Positions 38,980-47,332 of a stretch of DNA of 50,908 nt are shown here, in pieces (the first letter of the stretch is position 1; the number at the start of each line of letters is the position of its first letter). Made by a program: the position numbers and the translations under genes. Source of the stretch: Chthoniobacterales bacterium (lineage in GTDB: Bacteria > Verrucomicrobiota > Verrucomicrobiia > Chthoniobacterales > JACTMZ01); NCBI GenBank assembly GCA_049451035.1, contig JBMTVD010000003.1:1-50908 (forward strand), written 5' to 3'. A model generated the notes under the pieces. The model did no database searches and was not told the origin of the DNA. It saw nothing but the letters and a program-made list of their open reading frames with translations.

Positions 38980-41900
38980 TTATTCCCGCATCCGGAGCAG
39001 CAGGTCGCCGGCATCGACGGCATCGCCGGCGGCGACCAGCAATTCCTCGATCGTGCCGCTGCACGGGGCATAGATCGTGGTCTGCATCTTCATCGCTTCC
39101 ATGGTGAGCAGTTTGTCGCCCTTGGACACCTTGGCCCCGTTGCCGTGGTTGAGGTTGGTCACCATGCCGGGGATCGGCGCGCCGATTTCGAGCGGCTTGG
39201 AAGGATCCGCCTTGCGGCGGACTTTTTGCGTGGTCTGGAGCGATTTATCGGCAACCGTCACTTCGCGGGGCATGCCGTTGAGTTCGAAAAAGACCACCCG
39301 GCGCCCGTCCTTGTCGGGCGTGCCGATGTTGATGAGTTTGATGAAGAGAGTTTTGCCTTTTTCGATTTCGACAGCGACCTCCTGGCCCGGCTTCAGTCCG
39401 TAAAAGAAAGCCGGGGTGGGCAGGACACTGACATCCCCGTATTCGCGCCCGAACTTGGTGAAGGCCGCGAAAACGTCCGGGTACATGAGGTGGCTGTAGA
39501 GCTCGTCCTCGTCGGGCGTGTGCTTGAGCTTGGCCGCGAGTTCCTTGCGCACCACCGGCAGGCTGACTTTGGGCGCCCGGGCCGGCTTCGATTTTGCTTT
39601 GCCGAGGACGGCTTTGACAACGTCCCTCGGCCATCCGCCCATGGGTTCGCCGAGACCTCCGGCCAGCATGTCTTTGACCGATTCGGGGAAAGGTGTGCCC
39701 GGGGGGAGGTTGGGGACGTCGGCGGGCTTGATGCCGCGCGTGAAGAGGAACAGGGCCATGTCGCCCACCACTTTGCTGGAGGGCGTGACTTTGACGATAT
39801 CGCCGAAGAGTCGGTTGACCTCGGCGTAGCAGCGGGCGATTTCCGGCCAGCGGTGGGCCAGTCCCATGGAAGCGGCCTGCTCCTTGAGGTTGGTGAATTG
39901 TCCGCCCGGCATTTCGTGCAGATAGACCTCCGCGCTGCCGGTCCGCGGTGAAGTGTCGAATGGTGCGTAGAAAGTGCGCGCCTGTTCCCAGTAGTCGGCG
40001 AATTCGTTGAGCGCCTCGAGGTCCAGTCCGCTGTCATGCCGCGTGTTTTGCAGTGCGGCGACAAGGCTGTTGAGGTTGGGTTGCGAGGTGGAACCGGACA
40101 TCGCACTGATGGCCGAGTCGACAACGTCGGCGCCCGATTCGATGGCGGCCAGGACAGACGCCGCGTTCACGCCGCTCGTGTCGTGGGTGTGGAAGTGCAG
40201 CGGCAAATCGGTCTCCGCGCGCAGGGCTTTGAGCAGGGCGCGCGCCGCGAAGGGACGGCACAACCCGGCCATGTCCTTGATGGCGATGAAGTGCGCCCCC
40301 ATTTTTTCCAGCTCCCGGGCCAGCTTGGTGTAGTACCTCAGCGAGTATTTGGTGCGCCGCGGGTCAAGGATGTCTCCCGTGTAGCAGATGGTGCCCTCGC
40401 AGACCGCCTTGGTTTCGCGGACCGCCTCCATGGCCGCGCGCATGTTGGAGAGGTCGTTGAGCGAGTCGAAGACGCGGAAAATGTCCATCCCGCTTTCGGC
40501 CGCATGGCGCACGAAGCCGCTCACGACCGCGGCCGGGTAATTCGAATAACCCACGGCGTTCGAGCCGCGGAAGAGCATCTGGAAACAAATGTTGGGCACT
40601 TTCTCGCGCAGGGCGCGGAGGCGCTCCCACGGGTCCTCGCGCAGGAAGCGCATCGACGCGTCGAAGGTCGCGCCGCCCCACATCTCGAGACTGAAGAGTT
40701 GCGGTGTGCGACGGGCGACGGCGTCGGCCACGAGGAGCATGTCGTGCGTGCGCACCCGGGTGGCGAGCAGCGATTGGTGGGCGTCGCGGAAGGTGGTGTC
40801 GGTGAAAAGCGCGCGCTTCTGCTTGCGGGTCCACTCGGCGAATTTTTCCGGCCCCAGTTTGAGCAGCTGCTGTCGCGTGCCGGCGGGCGGAGTTTTGCCC
40901 AGGTCGACCTTGGGCAGGGGGGCGGGAGCGAGGCGGGTTGCGGGTTTGAAGCCCTTGGCTTCGGCATTGCCGTTGACCGTGACGTCCGCCAGGAAATGCA
41001 TGAGCTTCGTGGCGCGGTCGCGGCGGGGCTTGAACTCGAAGAGGCCCGGGGTTTTGTCGATGAAGGTTGTCGTCGCATCGCCGGAGCGGAAGACCGGGTG
41101 GGTCACCACGTTTTCGAGGAACGGCATGTTGGTCTTGACGCCGCGGATGCGGAATTCGCGCAGGGCGCGGTGCATGCGGTCGAGGGCCGTGGCAAAGGTC
41201 CGGCCGGAGGTGGTGATCTTGACGAGCAGGGAATCGTAAAACGGAGTGATGGTGCTTCCGGTCGTGCCCATGCCGGAGTCGAGGCGCACGCCGAAGCCGG
41301 CCGCGCTGCGGTAGGTGATGATTTTCCCGTAGTTGGGCGTGAAATTGTTGGCCGGATCCTCGGTGGTGACGCGGCATTGCACGGCGAACCCGTTGCGCGC
41401 CACGGCCTCCTGCGCGGGCAGGGCGAGCTCGGGTCCGTGCAGGTGCGCCCCCGCAGCCACGAGGATCTGCGATCGTACGAGGTCGATGCCGGTGATTTGC
41501 TCGGTGACGGTATGCTCGACCTGGATGCGCGGGTTCATCTCGATGAAGAACCACTGGTGGCGATCGTAGTCGTAGAGAAATTCGACCGTGCCGGCGTTGT
41601 TGTAACCGATGCCCCGGGCGATTTTGACCGCGGCTTCGCAAAGATCGGTGCGGATGTCATCCGGCAGGTTGATGGACGGCGCGACCTCCACCACTTTCTG
41701 GTGGCGGCGTTGCACCGAGCAGTCGCGCTCGTGCAGGTGGAGCACGCCGCCGTGGGAGTCGCCGAGGATCTGGACTTCGATGTGCTTGGCGCGCGGGATG
41801 TATTTCTCGAGAAAGACCGCCGGGTTGCCGAAAGCGCGGCCGGCTTCGTTGCGTGCCTCGTCGAGGAGCGCGACGAGATCGCCCTCTTTGCGGACCACGC

Positions 41901-42411
41901 GCATGCCGCGCCCGCCGCCGCCGAAAGCGGCCTTGATGATCAACGGGAAACCGATTTTTTTGGCGACCTTGATCGCCTCGGCGCGGCTCTCGACCGGCTC
42001 CTCGGTGCCGGGCAGCACGGGGACATGCAGCTTGATGGCCAGCGCGCGTGCGGCCGTCTTGTCGCCCATCATTTCCAGCAACTCGGAGCGCGGACCGACG
42101 AAGGTCAGCCCGGCCTCCTCGCAGGCGCGCGCAAAACGCGCGTTTTCGGAGAGGAAGCCGTAGCCGGGGTGGATCATGTCCGCTCCGCATTCCTTCGCCA
42201 GGCCGACGATGCCTTCGATGTCGAGGTAGGCGCCGACCGGGCCCTTGCCCCGGCCGACGACGTAGGCCTCGTCCGCCTTGAAGCGGTGGATGGAGAAGCG
42301 GTCCTCCTCCGCGTAGATCGCAATGGTGCGCATGCCGAGTTCGGTGGCGGCGCGAAAGGCGCGGATGGCGATCTCGCTGCGGTTGGCGGCGAGGAGCTTT
42401 TTGCCGGCCAT
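38980..42411 (-). CDS. pyc: Pyruvate carboxylase
   Basis: BC domain (ANRSEIAIR, HPGYGFLSEN, RDCSVQRRHQK), CT domain (RDAHQSL, IKDMAGL, HTHDT), biotinyl 'EAMKM'. Start at ATG 42411 or 42456. Confidence 0.97.
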   Translation of the reverse strand: MAGKKLLAANRSEIAIRAFRAATELGMRTIAIYAEEDRFSIHRFKADEAYVVGRGKGPVGAYLDIEGIVGLAKECGADMIHPGYGFLSENARFARACEEAGLTFVGPRSELLEMMGDKTAARALAIKLHVPVLPGTEEPVESRAEAIKVAKKIGFPLIIKAAFGGGGRGMRVVRKEGDLVALLDEARNEAGRAFGNPAVFLEKYIPRAKHIEVQILGDSHGGVLHLHERDCSVQRRHQKVVEVAPSINLPDDIRTDLCEAAVKIARGIGYNNAGTVEFLYDYDRHQWFFIEMNPRIQVEHTVTEQITGIDLVRSQILVAAGAHLHGPELALPAQEAVARNGFAVQCRVTTEDPANNFTPNYGKIITYRSAAGFGVRLDSGMGTTGSTITPFYDSLLVKITTSGRTFATALDRMHRALREFRIRGVKTNMPFLENVVTHPVFRSGDATTTFIDKTPGLFEFKPRRDRATKLMHFLADVTVNGNAEAKGFKPATRLAPAPLPKVDLGKTPPAGTRQQLLKLGPEKFAEWTRKQKRALFTDTTFRDAHQSLLATRVRTHDMLLVADAVARRTPQLFSLEMWGGATFDASMRFLREDPWERLRALREKVPNICFQMLFRGSNAVGYSNYPAAVVSGFVRHAAESGMDIFRVFDSLNDLSNMRAAMEAVRETKAVCEGTICYTGDILDPRRTKYSLRYYTKLARELEKMGAHFIAIKDMAGLCRPFAARALLKALRAETDLPLHFHTHDTSGVNAASVLAAIESGADVVDSAISAMSGSTSQPNLNSLVAALQNTRHDSGLDLEALNEFADYWEQARTFYAPFDTSPRTGSAEVYLHEMPGGQFTNLKEQAASMGLAHRWPEIARCYAEVNRLFGDIVKVTPSSKVVGDMALFLFTRGIKPADVPNLPPGTPFPESVKDMLAGGLGEPMGGWPRDVVKAVLGKAKSKPARAPKVSLPVVRKELAAKLKHTPDEDELYSHLMYPDVFAAFTKFGREYGDVSVLPTPAFFYGLKPGQEVAVEIEKGKTLFIKLINIGTPDKDGRRVVFFELNGMPREVTVADKSLQTTQKVRRKADPSKPLEIGAPIPGMVTNLNHGNGAKVSKGDKLLTMEAMKMQTTIYAPCSGTIEELLVAAGDAVDAGDLLLRMRE

Positions 42412-42550
42412 ACTGATGGTGGGCTGCGGTCTTTTGGGTCCGGTGCGGGCTGGCATGATCCTTATTTGTAGTGGAAGCATGCGAGGGATGGCAATGCCGC
42501 GGCTCCCGCTCGCTTGTCGGGCGGCGTTGGGCGCGTTTATATAACGCGCC

Positions 42551-43270
42551 ATGCGACATTTTGCGGTTCTCCTCGCCGTCGCGGCTCTCCTCGCCGGCGG
42601 CTATTTCCTGCTCGCGCCGCGCTCATCGCTCGTGGAAGGGCGCGTGGTGCTCCGCGGTCTCGATGGCCGGGAGACGCCGGGCGCGGGCGCCAAAGTGGGC
42701 CATTATCCCGCGGCGGTCGTGGAAAGTGGCTTGGAATCGTGGCTGCGCGACTACGACGAGAGCCGTGCCCAAAACCGCCTCGAGGTTCAGGCTGCCCGCA
42801 GACTCTGGGAGCGTCTGGCCGGGCACCGGGACGAAGCGGCGCGCATCCTCCTTGCGGCGCAGCGTTCCAACTCGGCCGATCTCGAAATCTGCCGCGCCCG
42901 CCACCGCGAGGCCGTGGCCGACGCGGAAGACGCCCTGCGCCGCGTCGAGGAAATGAACACCGGCTTGGACGAAGCCACCGATCCGGTGCGTTTCGTCGCC
43001 GGGCTGCCCCCGGCAGGGTCGGAGACATCGGCGGATGGCGACGGAATTTTCCGCGTCGAAGTTCCCGGCGATGCGTTGGTTTACCTCGTGGCGCAGCTGC
43101 CCGGGCAAGCACCGGAGCAGGAGACGCTCGTGTGGTTGCGTCGCGGGCCGTTCGAGGATGGCGAGAAGGTCCAGTTCTCCAGCGGCAATCTGCTGACCGG
43201 CGAGACACTCGCGGGTGTGGCCCGTGCGGCAAAAAAGCCGGAGAGCCCCGCGGGCTCCCCGGCTCGATGA
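42551..43270 (+). CDS. Hypothetical membrane-anchored or exported protein
   Basis: N-terminal hydrophobic segment, beta-rich ends and a long central helical segment; promoter-like TTGTCG...TATA just upstream. Confidence 0.75.
   Translation: MRHFAVLLAVAALLAGGYFLLAPRSSLVEGRVVLRGLDGRETPGAGAKVGHYPAAVVESGLESWLRDYDESRAQNRLEVQAARRLWERLAGHRDEAARILLAAQRSNSADLEICRARHREAVADAEDALRRVEEMNTGLDEATDPVRFVAGLPPAGSETSADGDGIFRVEVPGDALVYLVAQLPGQAPEQETLVWLRRGPFEDGEKVQFSSGNLLTGETLAGVARAAKKPESPAGSPAR
43231..43264 (-). terminator. Intrinsic terminator of the hsp20 operon
   Basis: Minus strand AGCCGGGGAGCCC-gcg-GGGCTCTCCGGCT-TTTTT: a 13-bp stem with one G-U pair plus a U tract, about 20 nt after the hsp20 stop. Confidence 0.75.
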
Positions 43271-43285
43271 TTCCGACGGCCCGGT

Positions 43286-43663
43286 TCAGTCCGTCACGCT
43301 GATGGTGCGCGGTTTTTTCTCCTGGGCCTTGGGCAAGCGCAAGGTGAGCAACCCCTGGTTCATTTTGGCCTCGATCTTGGCCGTGTCGATGTCGGGATCG
43401 AGGTCGAAGACGCGGCGGTAATCTTCGCGGGCGATTTCGCCGTAGATTCGCGTGCCCGCGGGCCGGGCGCTCTTCGTGCCGGTGAAGGCCAATTCGCCGT
43501 TTTCCACCGTGACGTGCACGCCGTCCTTCGTCACCCCGGGCATTTCCGCCTCGATGGTGTAGCCGTCCGCATCCTCGTGGATGGCCACCGCGGGGGTGGC
43601 GTAGCGGATGCGTGCGGGGGTTTCGGCGGTGATTGGAATCTGTGCTGCTGTGGTTGTGGTCAT
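43286..43663 (-). CDS. Small heat shock protein (Hsp20/alpha-crystallin)
   Basis: 'PAVAIHE', 'AEMPGV', 'YRRVFDL', 'GLLTLRLPK', C-terminal IxV 'ISV'. SD GGAG. Confidence 0.93.
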   Translation of the reverse strand: MTTTTAAQIPITAETPARIRYATPAVAIHEDADGYTIEAEMPGVTKDGVHVTVENGELAFTGTKSARPAGTRIYGEIAREDYRRVFDLDPDIDTAKIEAKMNQGLLTLRLPKAQEKKPRTISVTD

Positions 43664-43677
43664 GATAGGGGTCTCCT

Positions 43678-44133
43678 TCAGTTGATGTTGACTTCGATTT
43701 GTTTGGGTTTGGCGACCTCCTCCTTGGGCAGTGTGACCTTCAGGACGCCGTCGTGGTAGGTTGCCACAATCCCTTCGGCCTTCACTTTGGTCGGCAACGA
43801 AACCGAACGCGTGAAGCGGCCGAACAATCGCTCGCGCCGGAAGTAATTCTTCTCGTTGGTTTCCTTTTCCTGTTTGCGCTCGCCGGCCACGCTGAGGACG
43901 CCGTCGTGGTAGGAAATCTCGAAATCCTCTTTCTTGAGGCCCGGGGCTTCCAAGGTCACGGTCAGCGCTTCCTTGCCGTCATGCACGTCGAGGGCCGGCG
44001 ACCAGTCGTTCAAGCCGGCCTTTTCCTTCGGCAAGAAGGGAAAGTGCAGGCTCATGAAGTCACGCAGCAAGTCGCCCGTGGGTAATGTCGGAGCGGTCTC
44101 CGTCGTTTCGGGTTTGAATCGGATAAGTGTCAT
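43678..44133 (-). CDS. Small heat shock protein (Hsp20/alpha-crystallin)
   Basis: 'WSPALDV', 'APGL', 'GERK', 'FGRFTRSVSLP', 'DGVLKVTLPK', 'IEV'. SD AAGGA. Confidence 0.95.
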   Translation of the reverse strand: MTLIRFKPETTETAPTLPTGDLLRDFMSLHFPFLPKEKAGLNDWSPALDVHDGKEALTVTLEAPGLKKEDFEISYHDGVLSVAGERKQEKETNEKNYFRRERLFGRFTRSVSLPTKVKAEGIVATYHDGVLKVTLPKEEVAKPKQIEVNIN

Positions 44134-44163
44134 TGTGGTTGTTTCCTTTCACACTTTTCTCAA

Positions 44164-44178
44164 GCTTACGCCGTGCCA
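44164..44178 (-). promoter_or_regulatory. Sigma54 (-24/-12) promoter for the hsp20 pair
   Basis: Minus strand TGGCACGGCGTAAGC has GG and GC at the exact -24/-12 spacing, 30 nt upstream of ATG 44133. Confidence 0.75.
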
Positions 44179-44252
44179 ATCATAGAAAAGATTGATAAAA
44201 TGTTGGACAATAGATAATAAAGACATATATCGAAATGGTCTTAAGTCATCAA

Positions 44253-44317
44253 ATAGCGCCAAAAAGGCACTCATACCTATTTGTTCAAGATCTCAATATG
44301 TGCCATGATGGCGCTAT
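44253..44317. promoter_or_regulatory. Pair of candidate enhancer (bEBP) sites
   Basis: ATAGCGCCAAAAAGGCAC (44253-44270) and GTGCCATGATGGCGCTAT (44300-44317) are inverted copies of each other (15/18 identical), and each is internally pseudo-palindromic. Confidence 0.65.
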
Positions 44318-44500
44318 CACCAGCTCCGTTGGCGGGCTTTTTCTGCCTTGCATCCGCGGTGTCGGCGGGCGTGTCTGGTGCGGGCTTTTCTCGCTCTGGG
44401 GCATGGAATTGCGCTGACGCTGATGACGAGTAACTTCAGGTCTCGCCAGCCGCGGCAGGACGTGGTCTGGTTTCGCCGCGGCGAAAAAAGACCCCCAACC

Positions 44501-46357
44501 ATGCCCTTCCACGGTCGCATCGTTCACTTCATCGGACCCTTCGTCGCGTTCGTGATCCTGCTGGTGCCTGTTTCCGCGGCCGGGTTGCCTGCCTCGCTGG
44601 CGGGTCTGGGGGAACTGACGGAGCCGCCGCCGTTTTACGTCGACGGTCAATCTACCACCCCCGCCTCCCCGGTCGCGGGGCAGATCACCGCGGGTTATTT
44701 TGCCAGTGTCGACTACCGCGGCGCGCCCACGCGCGTTTACGCCTACATCGGCCTGCCGTCCGGAGCGTCCGCCGCCAGCCCGGTGCCGGGTGTCGTTCTT
44801 GTGCACGGGGGTGGCGGAACCGCTTACATCCAGTGGGTGCAGAAATGGATGGACCGGGGCTATGCGGCGATGAGCATCGCCGTCGAGGGGCAGACCGATA
44901 CGGTGGCCACGCAGGCCGAGAAGGATGCCGGCTTGGCGGTGGGCAACTGGCTCAAGCACGCGATGCCCGGTCCGGCCCGCGCGGGGATTTACGGCGACTC
45001 GGCGGTGACCCCGGTCAGCGACCAATGGATGTATCATGCCACGGCCGCGACCATTCTGGCCAACTCGCTCATGCGTTCGTTGCCGGCCGTCGACGCCGCC
45101 AAGGTCGGCCTGACCGGTATTTCTTGGGGCGGGGTCATCACGGCGACGGCTGCCGGCATCGACCACCGTTTCCGCTTTGCCATCCCGGTCTACGGCTGCG
45201 GCAACATGGACGAGGCGCCGAATTGGTGGGGAAACACGCTGAGCACGAACGAACTCTACAAGACACTTTGGGATCCGATGTTGTATTTGGGTGACGCCAC
45301 GATGCCCATGCTCTGGCTCTCGTGGCCCGCGGAAACAAACTTCCCGCTGGACTGTCAGGCCGACAGCTATCGTGCCGCGCCCGGTGCGCACATGGTTTCG
45401 CTTGTGCCGGGCATGGGTCACGGCCATCCGCCGGGATGGAACCGCCCCGAGAGTTATGCGTTTGCCGACAGTGTGATCGCGGGCGGTGCGGGTTGGTGCC
45501 GGCAGGAGAGTGTGTCCTCTGCCGCCGGCACGGCGCGAGCCGTGTTCCGTGCGTCGACCGCCCCCGCTTCCGCCGTGCTGTTCTCCACGACGGGCACGGG
45601 TGCGACCGGCGGCCGGACATGGGTGGAGAGTCCGGCGGAACTCGCGGCCAACGGCGACGGAACATACACGGCCAGCGCGCCGATCCCGGCCGGCACCACG
45701 GCGTGGTTCTTGAACACGCTGACGGACACGCTGGTGGCCAGCACCGATTTCCAGGAACTTCCCGCCCCCGCCACGGTCACGCTGGAGGATCTCGTGCGAA
45801 CCTATGACGGCACGCCCCAGTCCGTCAGCGTGACGACCGATCCTGCCGGTCTGCCCGTGGTGGTGACCTATGCCGGTTCGACCAATGCTCCCTCGGCCGC
45901 CGGCGACTACGCGGTCGAGGCCGCGGTGACCGATGGCAACTATCTCGGAGTCTCGAGCGCCACGCTGAGTATCCGGCTGTCCGCTTTTGACGCATGGCGA
46001 CGGCAGCACTTCGGGGACGACTGGGAACATAGCGAGTCTGCCTCATCCACGGCGGATGCCGATGCGGACGGGGTCCCGAACCGGGTCGAATATCATCTTG
46101 GCACCGACCCCGGCGACCCGCGTTCCAAGCTCTCGGTCGAACTCGCGGATGTGGGTTCCGATGTCGTGACCATCCGGCTCAGGCCCGCGGTGACGGAGGG
46201 AAGCTTCACCTTGGAGTCCGCGCCGGTTTTGGGGCAGGCGTGGCAGAAGCGGGTGTTGTCCGTGGCGGGAAACGCGCCCGCGGCGACGTTCGACATTCCC
46301 TGCGATTCCGACCGATGCTTTTTCCGGGTGGTTTACCGGCCTCCGGAAATTCCTTGA
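44501..46357 (+). CDS. Secreted alpha/beta-hydrolase (acetylxylan-esterase-like) with an MBG-type Ig domain and a C-terminal module
   Basis: Signal peptide, 'VLVHGGGG', nucleophile elbow GISWGG (45116-45133), 'GHGH'; MBG-like 'TYDGTPQSVSVTTDPAGL...AGDY'; C-terminal 'DADADGVPNRVEYHLGTDP...FFRV'. Confidence 0.82.
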   Translation: MPFHGRIVHFIGPFVAFVILLVPVSAAGLPASLAGLGELTEPPPFYVDGQSTTPASPVAGQITAGYFASVDYRGAPTRVYAYIGLPSGASAASPVPGVVLVHGGGGTAYIQWVQKWMDRGYAAMSIAVEGQTDTVATQAEKDAGLAVGNWLKHAMPGPARAGIYGDSAVTPVSDQWMYHATAATILANSLMRSLPAVDAAKVGLTGISWGGVITATAAGIDHRFRFAIPVYGCGNMDEAPNWWGNTLSTNELYKTLWDPMLYLGDATMPMLWLSWPAETNFPLDCQADSYRAAPGAHMVSLVPGMGHGHPPGWNRPESYAFADSVIAGGAGWCRQESVSSAAGTARAVFRASTAPASAVLFSTTGTGATGGRTWVESPAELAANGDGTYTASAPIPAGTTAWFLNTLTDTLVASTDFQELPAPATVTLEDLVRTYDGTPQSVSVTTDPAGLPVVVTYAGSTNAPSAAGDYAVEAAVTDGNYLGVSSATLSIRLSAFDAWRRQHFGDDWEHSESASSTADADADGVPNRVEYHLGTDPGDPRSKLSVELADVGSDVVTIRLRPAVTEGSFTLESAPVLGQAWQKRVLSVAGNAPAATFDIPCDSDRCFFRVVYRPPEIP

Positions 46358-46364
46358 GGGGGCT

Positions 46365-46643
46365 TTAGATTCCGACCGCTTGTTGCACCGGAGTCCGGTA
46401 GAGGGTGACGGTGTGTCCGACGAGGAGGATTTGGCGGGAATTCGTGCGCGCGGCCAGTTCGGCGGCGAGTTGTTTGCGTTCCGATTTGTGGTCGGTGAAG
46501 CGGACTTTGACCAAGCCGTGGTCGGTGAGGGTTTGGTCGAGGGCGGCGAGGAGGGCGTCGGTGATGCCATCGTGGCCGACGTGGATGACCGGTTTGAGTT
46601 TTTGCGAGCGCGACTTGAGTTCGCGGAGGGTGGGTTCGTTCAT
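46365..46643 (-). CDS. yhbY: YhbY-family (CRM domain) RNA-binding protein
   Basis: 'LKSRSQKLKPVIHVGHDG', 'HGLVKV', 'VGHTVTLYR'. Confidence 0.9.
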   Translation of the reverse strand: MNEPTLRELKSRSQKLKPVIHVGHDGITDALLAALDQTLTDHGLVKVRFTDHKSERKQLAAELAARTNSRQILLVGHTVTLYRTPVQQAVGI

Positions 46644-47332
46644 GCGTGGAAGCGGAAGAGGGAATAGAAGTTTCCGGCGTCGGTGAAGAGGATTTCGCTG
46701 TCGCGGAATCCGGCGGCCTTGGCCGCCGCGAGGTATTCGTCGGCGGATTCGGGGCGCTCCGATTCGCGGACATGCTCGCGCAAGGCATCGCGGGCGGCGG
46801 CCGGAAAGGGATCGTAGGGGCCGTCCATCGCGGCGGCCCAGCGCGCGACGTAGCCTTCGCGGTTTTCGCCGGCGTGGAGGATGGGCTCGAAGAGATAGAA
46901 CGTGCCGCCGGGTGCGGTGGCGCGGTGGAGATGCGTCATCATTTCGCGTTTGGTTTCACGTTCGAGATGATGCAGTGAAAGACCGAGGTAGATGACGTCG
47001 AAGCTTTCTTTGTTGTCGCGCAGGAAATCGGTGAAGTCGGCTTCGTGCAGGGTGCGCGGGCATCCGAGTTCCGCGATTTTGTCGGCGGCGAGGGCTAGAG
47101 CTGGAGCGGAGAAGTCGACGCCGACGTAGGCGCTGACCTTGGTTTCTTGCAGGGCGGCGGCGGTCAGGTCGGCGTCACCGCAGGCCAGATCGAGGAAGGT
47201 GAACGGCTCCGTGCGGGCGAGCAGTTCGCGACGGAGAATTTCGCCGACCTCGCGATGGTGGAGCGTGTTGTGCTCGATGCAGAGGCGGTAGATTTCCCAC
47301 TGCGAGAAGAAGGCGTGGACGGCTTCAGACAT
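46640..47332 (-). CDS. Class I SAM-dependent methyltransferase
   Basis: Motif I 'FLDLACGD', 'YVGVDFS', 'FDVI...LSLHHL', 'PGG.FYLFE'. Start at ATG 47332 or 47341. Confidence 0.88.
   Translation of the reverse strand: MSEAVHAFFSQWEIYRLCIEHNTLHHREVGEILRRELLARTEPFTFLDLACGDADLTAAALQETKVSAYVGVDFSAPALALAADKIAELGCPRTLHEADFTDFLRDNKESFDVIYLGLSLHHLERETKREMMTHLHRATAPGGTFYLFEPILHAGENREGYVARWAAAMDGPYDPFPAAARDALREHVRESERPESADEYLAAAKAAGFRDSEILFTDAGNFYSLFRFHA

Noticed and set aside
44262-44290. Possible CIRCE (HrcA) element upstream of hsp20 (GGCACTC)
   Set aside because: Only a partial left arm is present, with no GAGTGCTAA arm 9 nt later. The bases are better explained as part of the inverted enhancer pair.
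44397-44412. Possible plus-strand sigma54 promoter (GGGGCATGGAATTGC) for the esterase
   Set aside because: The GGCA-to-TTGC spacing is one base short of the strict -24/-12 geometry.
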